This document shows, piece after piece, positions 8,458-15,589 of a DNA stretch of 25,544 bases. Origin of the DNA: Promethearchaeota archaeon (lineage in GTDB: Archaea > Asgardarchaeota > Thorarchaeia > Thorarchaeales > Thorarchaeaceae); assembly GCA_027031765.1 (NCBI GenBank), contig JALVPN010000176.1, positions 2,583 to 28,126 of the forward strand, written 5' to 3'. Each line of letters begins with the position of its first letter. The first letter of the stretch is position 1. Made by a program: the position numbers and the translations under genes. Under the pieces are notes generated by a model that was not told where the DNA came from, searched no databases, and saw nothing but the letters and a program-made list of their open reading frames with translations.

Positions 8458-9562
8458 CCACCTCGTATGTGAGAGAGTAGTCCTTGAGTTGCTGCCGGAC
8501 CAGCTCTATGTCGCTGGGCTCCGGGTGGACTGGGAAGTTCCGCCAGTGGCCGATTGATGCCTGGAAGGGAGTGCAGTTGCCGAAGGGCCGGTTGCAGGCA
8601 TTCTCCATGGTGGCGCCCCTGCAGCCAGAGGTCATGAAGGCATCGCCCATGGAGATGAGCTCGTCGAGGGCAGCAGGTGACAGTCCGAAGTCAACAATCT
8701 GGCCCAACTCGTTGAAACGCATGCCGTCGGCCCGTCCGTGGTCGTAGTTGATGATGTACCGTGCGAGCTGCACGCGCCTGTAGGCCCCGAGTGGCGGCTG
8801 CGGGTGGTCCTCCATTGCGGAGCCCTCCTCGGGGAAGAAGGAGAACAGGTGCGTGCGCGCACCCATGTCGTGCGCCCGCTGAATGGCCCTGACCATCTCC
8901 TCCTCGGTCTCACCGATGCCGACAATCAGGTGCACGCCCACGTTGAACGCCCCGAACACGTCGACGGCGTCCTCGACCGTGCGCCAGTAGATGTCCCACT
9001 TGTGGGGGCCGCGGACACCACGGCCGCGCAGCCTGTCAAAGAGTCCGGGGGTCGCTGCGTCGACCGCGATCCCGATCATGTCAGCGCCAGCGTCCCTCAC
9101 CCGCACGAGCCAGTCCTTCGTGACAATGGTGGGCGTGATGAGCACAGAGATGCGGGGGATGACCTCGTGGAACTCCGAGACCACACGGATGCAGTCCTCA
9201 CGGGCCCGTGCATTCGTGATCATGGACACGCAGACACGCTCGACATGTGGGCAGGTGCCGTCGCGCAGGGCCTGCTTGATGTCCTCAACAGGGACGATGG
9301 GCCAGTCCACACGGATGAAGCTCTTGTCGGTCCATGCACCGTCGGTCTGCCTGCTCCCAGAGAGCCCGCAGTACGCACACTTGGCATGACAGCCCTCATC
9401 ATAGGTCAGCAGCACATTGATGCAGTACAGCTTTGCGTCCCGGTAGAACCTACCGGGCACCTTGCCAATCGTCATCGCTGCGGCGAGGCTCACCCGCACA
9501 TGCGATGGCGACTCGAGACCTCCGGCCAGCTCTGTGGTGTCTGGTGCTCCTAGTGTCTTCAT
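8429..9562 (-). CDS. lipS2: Radical SAM lipoyl synthase subunit LipS2
   Basis: CX3CX2C = CHAKCAYC. C-terminal TSGC-RGATMENA-CNRP matches the LipS2 TXGC..C(N/D)RP motif with a longer spacer. ATG 9562 chosen because the upstream extension to 9718 runs through the promoter region. Confidence 0.82.
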   Translation of the reverse strand: MKTLGAPDTTELAGGLESPSHVRVSLAAAMTIGKVPGRFYRDAKLYCINVLLTYDEGCHAKCAYCGLSGSRQTDGAWTDKSFIRVDWPIVPVEDIKQALRDGTCPHVERVCVSMITNARAREDCIRVVSEFHEVIPRISVLITPTIVTKDWLVRVRDAGADMIGIAVDAATPGLFDRLRGRGVRGPHKWDIYWRTVEDAVDVFGAFNVGVHLIVGIGETEEEMVRAIQRAHDMGARTHLFSFFPEEGSAMEDHPQPPLGAYRRVQLARYIINYDHGRADGMRFNELGQIVDFGLSPAALDELISMGDAFMTSGCRGATMENACNRPFGNCTPFQASIGHWRNFPVHPEPSDIELVRQQLKDYSLTYEVDDLSYDADD

Positions 9563-9592
9563 GGCAACCCGCCACCGAAGGGTATTGCACGG

Positions 9593-9600
9593 CTTATTAC
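9593..9600 (-). promoter_or_regulatory. Putative BRE/TATA element for the lipS2 operon (GAAACC-GTAATAAG)
   Basis: AT-rich box 31-38 bp upstream of ATG 9562, preceded by GAAA. Confidence 0.4.
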
Positions 9601-9751
9601 GGTTTCTGGATTTGCCGTCCCGGATCGGAGCGGTGGCGTCCCGCCCCCATGACGACACACACTGCATGACACGCCGCCTGCCCTGGCTGAGAGTACCTGC
9701 GGGGCCAGAGGACAACACCTGACACAGACGGGGCCCTGACCAGCTGCTCTC

Positions 9752-9759
9752 TTTTTAAG
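9752..9759 (+). promoter_or_regulatory. Putative TATA box for mutS (TTTTTAAG)
   Basis: Archaeal-type TTTAAG box 30-37 bp upstream of ATG 9789 in otherwise GC-rich DNA. Confidence 0.55.
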
Positions 9760-9788
9760 TGTGTAGCGACAGAGCCTCGTTGAGAGCG

Positions 9789-12389
9789 ATGGTGCGTAAG
9801 ACCACACCCATGCGCAGGCAGTACCTCCAGCTGAAGAGGCAGTACCCGGACTGCATACTGATGTTCAGGCTCGGCGACTTCTACGAGATGTTCAACGAGG
9901 ACGCAAAGATAGCAAGCGAGGTCCTGGACATCGTGCTGACATCCAGGGGCGAGGGTGTCGACAAGTGGCCCATGTGTGGTGTCCCGTACCACTCTGTAGA
10001 AGGGTACGTGGCGAAGCTGCTGGACGCCGGCTATACCGTGGCCCTGGCCGACCAGGTCGAGGACGCATCACAGGCCCGGGGCCTTGTACGGCGCGAAGTC
10101 GTGCGAGTGATAACCCCCGGCACCGTGGTCGAGCCGTCCATGCTCAGCGATGCGACCAATAACTACCTTGTTGCTGTAGTGGGACACAGTGGCCGCGTGG
10201 GCATCGCAGCGGTGGACGTGTCGACCGGCGAGTTCATCGCAACGGAGGTGTCCGGCAACATCACTGATGACAGTGTGACGACCGAGCTCGCCCGCCTGAA
10301 CCCCGCAGAGATACTCGTGCCGAAGACCATGGTGCGTGACGAGGCGGCCCGCCAGGTGCTCGAGAGGACCGGGGCACGGCTGACGGTCAGGGGTGACCTA
10401 GACTTCCTGGCCGCGGAGGCCGAGGCACGGGTCAAGGAGCAGTTCAGAGTGGCGACCGTGGAGGGGTTTGGCCTCGCCGACAAGCCGGTGGCACTTGGTG
10501 CCGCCGGGGCCGTGCTCGCCTATCTACAGGAGGTGCACAGGGCGAATGCCGTCACACTGGACAACATCCGCACGTACTCCCTCGATGCACACATGGTGGT
10601 GGACGCCACCACACAGAGGAACCTCGAACTGGTGAGGAACGCCCGTGACGGGACCACTCGGGGCACGCTATTGTCTGTGCTCTCCAGGACCGTGACACCC
10701 ATGGGCAAACGTCGCCTCAGACAGTGGATCCTCCAGCCGCTCATGGACACCGCGGAGATTGAGAGGCGACTGGACGCTGTGGAGGAGCTGGCACGGTCAG
10801 CGATGACCAGACGGGAGCTCATGGACTCCCTGCGGGGACTCGGCGACCTCGAGCGCATAACAGGCAGGGTGGTGTTCGGTACTGGAGGCGCACGCGACCT
10901 GGTCGCTCTCCGTGTGGCCCTTGAACGGCTGCCAGCAATACGCACGGCGCTCGCGTCCTGTACCACAGACCTGCTGCGTGCACAGCTCGACAGCATCGAC
11001 CCCCTTGAGGAGCTGTGCAGTACGCTCCGGAGGGCCATCGTCGACGACCCGCCGGTCACGGTCCGCGAGGGCGGCATGATACGCGATGGCTTTGATGAGG
11101 AGCTCGACCGGCTGCGCTCATCGATAGCTGAGGACAAGCGGTGGATAGCCTCGCTGCAGGCGCGAGAGCGGCGGAGGACTGGCATCAAGTCCCTGAAGGT
11201 CGGCTACAACAAGGTGTTCGGCTACTACATCGAGGTGACGAAGAGCAACCTGCGCCTGGTACCGGACGACTACGAGCGGAAGCAGACCCTCGCCAACGCC
11301 GAGCGCTTCGTGACGCCGGAGCTCAAGGAACGCGAGGCTGCTGTGCTGGCAGGCGAGGAGAAGATCAACAGGCTCGAGTACGAGATCTACGAGCGGCTGC
11401 GGGCGCAGGTGCGGGAGTGCGTGGACAGCCTGCGTCGCGACGCTGTGGCGGTGTCGGTGGTGGACGTGCTTGCAGCACTTGCCGATGTCGCAGTGACGAG
11501 GAGGTACACGCGGCCCGTGGTCACCACAGGCACACGCATCCACATAGAGGACGGGCGCCACCCGGCACTGGAGATGATGATCGGGCCGAACGAGTTCGTC
11601 CCCAACAGCCTTGACATGGGCGGTGAGAACGGGCCCACCCTCATCATTGTGACCGGGCCGAACATGGCAGGCAAGAGCACGTACATGCGACAGGCCGCGC
11701 TCATCGTGTTGCTCGCCCAGATGGGGTCATTCGTGCCTGCCACGAGGGCCGAGATCGGGCTCGTTGACAGGATATTCACGAGGGTGGGCGCTTTCGACGA
11801 CCTCACGGCCCGACAGAGCACATTCATGGTGGAGATGGTCGAGACAGCGAACATCCTGAACAACGCGACCCCACGCAGCCTGGTCGTCCTCGATGAGATT
11901 GGGCGGGGCACCTCCACCTTCGATGGGATGGCCCTCGCATGGGCGGTCGCAGAGGAAATCGTGAGGATGAAGACACGGACGCTGTTCGCGACACACTTCC
12001 ACCAACTGACAGAGATGGCGTCCATGTACCACGGTGTGAAGAACGTACACACCCTTGCAAAGGAGGTCGGCGACCACATTGTCTTCCTCCACAGGGTGGT
12101 CGAGGGCGGCTCTGACAGGAGCTACGGTGTCCACGTTGCAGCCCTTGCAGGGGTACCGGACAGCGTTGTGCGGAGGGCACGACAGCTCCTCGCACGCATT
12201 GAGAACGACAACGTGGTGCAGCTCGGTGAGAGCACAGTGTCGGAGCCGGCACAGACAAGCCTTGAGGCCCTAGTGGCCGACGACCCGGTGGTGGAGAGGA
12301 TACGGGAGCTGGACATTGACAACATGACGCCACTCCAGGCCCTTGTCCTGCTTAAGGAGCTGCAGGACGAGGTGCGCTCCAGGGAGTAG
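9789..12389 (+). CDS. mutS: DNA mismatch repair protein MutS (MutS1 type, 866 aa)
   Basis: TPMRRQY, GDFYEMF mismatch-binding Phe-X-Glu motif, Walker A GPNMAGKSTYMR, Walker B LDEIGRGTST, SYG HTH, and C-terminal DIDNMTPLQAL oligomerisation helix. Confidence 0.97.
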   Translation: MVRKTTPMRRQYLQLKRQYPDCILMFRLGDFYEMFNEDAKIASEVLDIVLTSRGEGVDKWPMCGVPYHSVEGYVAKLLDAGYTVALADQVEDASQARGLVRREVVRVITPGTVVEPSMLSDATNNYLVAVVGHSGRVGIAAVDVSTGEFIATEVSGNITDDSVTTELARLNPAEILVPKTMVRDEAARQVLERTGARLTVRGDLDFLAAEAEARVKEQFRVATVEGFGLADKPVALGAAGAVLAYLQEVHRANAVTLDNIRTYSLDAHMVVDATTQRNLELVRNARDGTTRGTLLSVLSRTVTPMGKRRLRQWILQPLMDTAEIERRLDAVEELARSAMTRRELMDSLRGLGDLERITGRVVFGTGGARDLVALRVALERLPAIRTALASCTTDLLRAQLDSIDPLEELCSTLRRAIVDDPPVTVREGGMIRDGFDEELDRLRSSIAEDKRWIASLQARERRRTGIKSLKVGYNKVFGYYIEVTKSNLRLVPDDYERKQTLANAERFVTPELKEREAAVLAGEEKINRLEYEIYERLRAQVRECVDSLRRDAVAVSVVDVLAALADVAVTRRYTRPVVTTGTRIHIEDGRHPALEMMIGPNEFVPNSLDMGGENGPTLIIVTGPNMAGKSTYMRQAALIVLLAQMGSFVPATRAEIGLVDRIFTRVGAFDDLTARQSTFMVEMVETANILNNATPRSLVVLDEIGRGTSTFDGMALAWAVAEEIVRMKTRTLFATHFHQLTEMASMYHGVKNVHTLAKEVGDHIVFLHRVVEGGSDRSYGVHVAALAGVPDSVVRRARQLLARIENDNVVQLGESTVSEPAQTSLEALVADDPVVERIRELDIDNMTPLQALVLLKELQDEVRSRE

Positions 12390-12530
12390 TCGCTGTGCTG
12401 AGCGGGGACTCCCTGCGCCGCAGGCATCTCCAACACGTCAGCCGTGGCCCGTGTCCGGATGTGCCACCCACAGATTCAAGAACTGCGGGTGTGCCCTCTG
12501 TCGTGCTGCAGACAAGAGAGTGGTCGAGAG

Positions 12531-13205
12531 ATGGACATAGCCATTGCACCTTCAATCCTCTCAGCGGACTTCGGGAGGCTCGAAGACGACATCCGGGCCG
12601 CGGAACGTGGTTCGCCGGACTACTTCCACTGCGACATTATGGACGGCCACTTTGTCCCCAACATCTCCTTTGGGCCTATGGTCGTCAGGAAGATGAGGGA
12701 GCTCACGGATGTGCCGCTGGACGTACACCTCATGATCACAGACCCGGACAGGTACATCCCGGCCTTTGTGGAGGCGGGTGCCTCGCTCATCTACCCACAC
12801 ATCGAGGCACCACACGACGTCTACCGGACCGTGCAGCTCGTCAACGACCTCGGGGTGAGGGCAGGCATAACCCTGAACCCCGGGACGCCTGTGGAGTGGG
12901 TCGTACCGCTCCTCGACCAGGTCGAGTCTGTACTGCTCATGAGCGTGTGTCCCGGGTTCGGTGGCCAGGAGTTCATCCCCGGAACCATCGCCAGGGTACG
13001 TAGACTGAGGGCCCTACTTGATGAGCACAGGCCCGAGGTCGGGATAGCAGTGGACGGTGGGGTGAGTGAGGCCAACGCAACGGACCTGGTACGTGCAGGG
13101 GCGGACTTCCTGATTGCCGGCTCGGCAGTGTTCAGGGCACCCGACATTGCGGAGGCGGTGCGCCGGCTGAGGGCGGCGGCTGAGAGGGGAAAGGAGAACA
13201 AATAA
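12531..13205 (+). CDS. rpe: Ribulose-phosphate 3-epimerase
   Basis: IAPSILSADF, HCDIMDGHFVPNISFG, DVHLM, MSV.PGFGGQ, VDGG. ATG 12531 gives the canonical N-terminus. Confidence 0.96.
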   Translation: MDIAIAPSILSADFGRLEDDIRAAERGSPDYFHCDIMDGHFVPNISFGPMVVRKMRELTDVPLDVHLMITDPDRYIPAFVEAGASLIYPHIEAPHDVYRTVQLVNDLGVRAGITLNPGTPVEWVVPLLDQVESVLLMSVCPGFGGQEFIPGTIARVRRLRALLDEHRPEVGIAVDGGVSEANATDLVRAGADFLIAGSAVFRAPDIAEAVRRLRAAAERGKENK

Positions 13206-13263
13206 TACGCACATGCACTGGGAGAACCGCGACGGACAGCACACGATGAGAGAGTGAGTACCT

Positions 13264-13920
13264 GTGAAGTTCTTCATAGACACGGCGAACGTTGACGCCA
13301 TACGCAGAGCGCACGAGAGAGGAATGGTGGACGGTGTGACCACGAACCCGACCCTGGTCGCCAGGGAGGGGCGTGACTTCAGGGAGCTCGTGGAAGAGAT
13401 CGCCTCGTTCGTAAAGGGGCCCATCAGCCTGGAGGTCGTGAGTGAGGACGCAGATGGGATGATACGCGAGGCGCGCGAGCTCAACAGCTGGATTGACAAC
13501 GCGGCCATAAAGGTCCCCATGACATGGGAGGGACTGAAGGCCGTGAGGGTGCTCTCACAGGAGGGCATCCAGACAAACGTCACACTGTGCTTCAGCGCCA
13601 ACCAGGCCCTCCTCGCTGCCAAGGCCGGGGCCACCTTCGTGTCACCCTTCATCGGACGCCTCGATGACGTGGGCCACACGGGCATGCAACTTGTGGCGGA
13701 CGTGGTGCAGATCTTCGCCAACTACGACTTCGACACCGAGGTCATCGTGGCCAGCATAAGGCACCCGCTACACGTATACGAGGCCGCAATGATCGGCGCC
13801 GACATCGCGACAATCCCACCGGCAGTGCTTGACAAGATGGTGAACCACCCGCTGACCGACGTGGGGATCCGCCGGTTCCTAGCTGACTGGGAGAAGGTGC
13901 GTGCTGCCTCCGGCAAGTAG
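13264..13920 (+). CDS. tal: Transaldolase, short (TalC/FSA-family) type
   Basis: [15 protein letters not shown], Schiff-base Lys in [12 protein letters not shown]. Has the transaldolase-type Glu (PISLEV) and Phe (SPFIGR) rather than the Gln/Tyr of fructose-6-phosphate aldolase. Confidence 0.9.
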   Translation: MKFFIDTANVDAIRRAHERGMVDGVTTNPTLVAREGRDFRELVEEIASFVKGPISLEVVSEDADGMIREARELNSWIDNAAIKVPMTWEGLKAVRVLSQEGIQTNVTLCFSANQALLAAKAGATFVSPFIGRLDDVGHTGMQLVADVVQIFANYDFDTEVIVASIRHPLHVYEAAMIGADIATIPPAVLDKMVNHPLTDVGIRRFLADWEKVRAASGK

Positions 13921-13939
13921 GCAAGTAGGTAGGTAGGCG

Positions 13940-13953
13940 TGACAGCGCTGTCA
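13940..13953. promoter_or_regulatory. Perfect 14-bp palindrome TGACAGCGCTGTCA, candidate operator upstream of the amidohydrolase-mutL pair
   Basis: Self-complementary sequence in the 88-bp tal-amidohydrolase gap, 55 bp before ATG 14009. Confidence 0.4.
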
Positions 13954-13957
13954 AAGC

Positions 13958-13975
13958 AAGAGTGATAAGAGTGAT
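13958..13975 (+). repeat. Tandem 9-bp direct repeat (AAGAGTGAT)x2
   Basis: Read directly from the sequence, 4 bp after the palindrome. Confidence 0.8.
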
Positions 13976-14008
13976 ATGTGTGGGGTCCTCGGTGCGTGCT
14001 AGCCAGGC

Positions 14009-15583
14009 ATGAGAGTGGAAGCAGACCTGATCGTGTTCAATGCCGACATCCACACGATGGACCCCAAGAACCCATATGCTACAGCGCTCGCCGTGAAGAG
14101 CTACAAGATCCTCGCAATAGGCGATGAGGAGGAGATTGCCGGCCTCGTGAGCTCTGCGAAGCGCGTCATCGACGCGGGCGGGAAGCTCATACTACCGGGC
14201 TTCATAGACGCGCACACGCACCTGACCGCTGATGGCCTCAAGGCACAGGGGGTGCAACTGCACGGCGCCAGGTCACTCTCGGAGATGAAGGGGCTGCTCA
14301 GGGAGGGACTGGCAAAGCACCAGACCGGACAGTGGCTCCGGGCCTACGGCTGGGACGAGAGCACGTGGGACGACAGGCGGTTCCCCACTGCCAGCGACCT
14401 CGACGAGGTGAGCCGCGAGACCCCGATTATGGCGACACGTGTGGACGGACACATGGTGGTCGTCAACACCGCGGGTCTTGAGGCACTGGCACTCCCACCG
14501 GACACGCCGGGAATAGAACGCGACAGTGCAGGGAGGCCCACCGGCGTGCTCAAGGACATAGAGGGGCTGAACGAACGCTTCCGGCCCAGTGACCAAGAGG
14601 TCGTGGAAGGAGCGGTCACGGGCTGTAAGATACTCAACCGGTGTGGCGTCACGGCGGCAGTGGACAACGCGCCAGCCGGGTACCTCAGGCACATCCGGAC
14701 CGCGGAGCGACATGACAGGCTCACGGTGCGTGTGACCGTCAACCCGCCAGTCGAACACATTGAGCACATGGTGGAGCTCGGCATAACGTCCGGGATGGGG
14801 AGCCCGATGGTCAAGGTGGGCGGTGTGAAGGTGTTCACAGACGGTTCTATCGGCGCCCGCACAGCGGCCCTCAGTCAGGACTACACAGATGACCCAGGGA
14901 ACCGTGGCCGATCCCTGATGAGCCGCAGGGAGTATGAGCGCATCGTGCGCATGGCCGTGGAAAACGACATCCAGACCGTGACACATGCCATCGGTGACGC
15001 AGCAATAGAGATGGTGATATCCACCTTCGAGGACATTGGTGACAGGGCGCGCATCAGGGAGCAGCGCCACAGGATTGAACACGCTGAGATGATGAGTGTC
15101 GAGCAGATAAGGCGCGCCGTGGGCCTGGGCCTCATCCTGTCGATGCAACCGAACTTCGTTGGCAGGTGGCAACAGGAGGGAGGCCTGTACGAGACACGCC
15201 TGGGGCCGGAGAGGACCGCAGAGATGAACATGTTCCGTGTCGCACTCGACAACGGCGCACGCGTCTGTTTCGGCTCCGACGGCATGCCATACGGCCCCCT
15301 CTACGGGATATGGTCAGCCACAACGCACCCCAACCCAAAGGTACGTATCACTGTGGAGGAGGCCATCAGGTGCTACACCATGGAGAGCGCCTACGCAGGG
15401 TTCGTCGAGAGGACACTGGGCTCACTGACGGTGGGCAAACGGGCTGATTTTGTCATCCTTTCCAAGAACATACTCAGGGTGCCGGCAGAGGAGATACGAC
15501 AGACCACGGTGGAGGCAACCTTCGTGGGCGGTCGGCCGGAGTACTCCGCGTCATGGGAGCAGGCCACAGCTGGGCGGGGGTGA
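14009..15583 (+). CDS. YtcJ-like metal-dependent amidohydrolase (amidohydrolase 3 family)
   Basis: N-terminal beta domain (IHTMD...ALAV...ILAIG), LPGFIDAHTH (HxH), GGVKVFTDGSIGARTAAL, HAIGD, RHRIEH, FGSD. Confidence 0.88.
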   Translation: MRVEADLIVFNADIHTMDPKNPYATALAVKSYKILAIGDEEEIAGLVSSAKRVIDAGGKLILPGFIDAHTHLTADGLKAQGVQLHGARSLSEMKGLLREGLAKHQTGQWLRAYGWDESTWDDRRFPTASDLDEVSRETPIMATRVDGHMVVVNTAGLEALALPPDTPGIERDSAGRPTGVLKDIEGLNERFRPSDQEVVEGAVTGCKILNRCGVTAAVDNAPAGYLRHIRTAERHDRLTVRVTVNPPVEHIEHMVELGITSGMGSPMVKVGGVKVFTDGSIGARTAALSQDYTDDPGNRGRSLMSRREYERIVRMAVENDIQTVTHAIGDAAIEMVISTFEDIGDRARIREQRHRIEHAEMMSVEQIRRAVGLGLILSMQPNFVGRWQQEGGLYETRLGPERTAEMNMFRVALDNGARVCFGSDGMPYGPLYGIWSATTHPNPKVRITVEEAIRCYTMESAYAGFVERTLGSLTVGKRADFVILSKNILRVPAEEIRQTTVEATFVGGRPEYSASWEQATAGRG

Positions 15584-15589
15584 CCATCT

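Noticed and set aside
7423-9562. Calling the two radical SAM proteins biotin synthase BioB or classical LipA
   Set aside because: They lack the LipA CX4CX5C motif, carry LipS1/LipS2-type motifs, and sit next to a lipoate ligase with no bio genes nearby.
12395-12530. Upstream extension of rpe (GTG 12444), overlapping 202-aa ORF, and the CCTGCG-C-CGCAGG inverted repeat at 12412-12424
   Set aside because: The extension has no homology to Rpe and the alternative ORF is a frame shadow. The 5-bp stem has no U-tract and is too weak to call a terminator.
13264-13920. Fructose-6-phosphate aldolase (fsa) call
   Set aside because: The diagnostic positions are Glu and Phe (transaldolase type), not Gln and Tyr, and rpe is adjacent.
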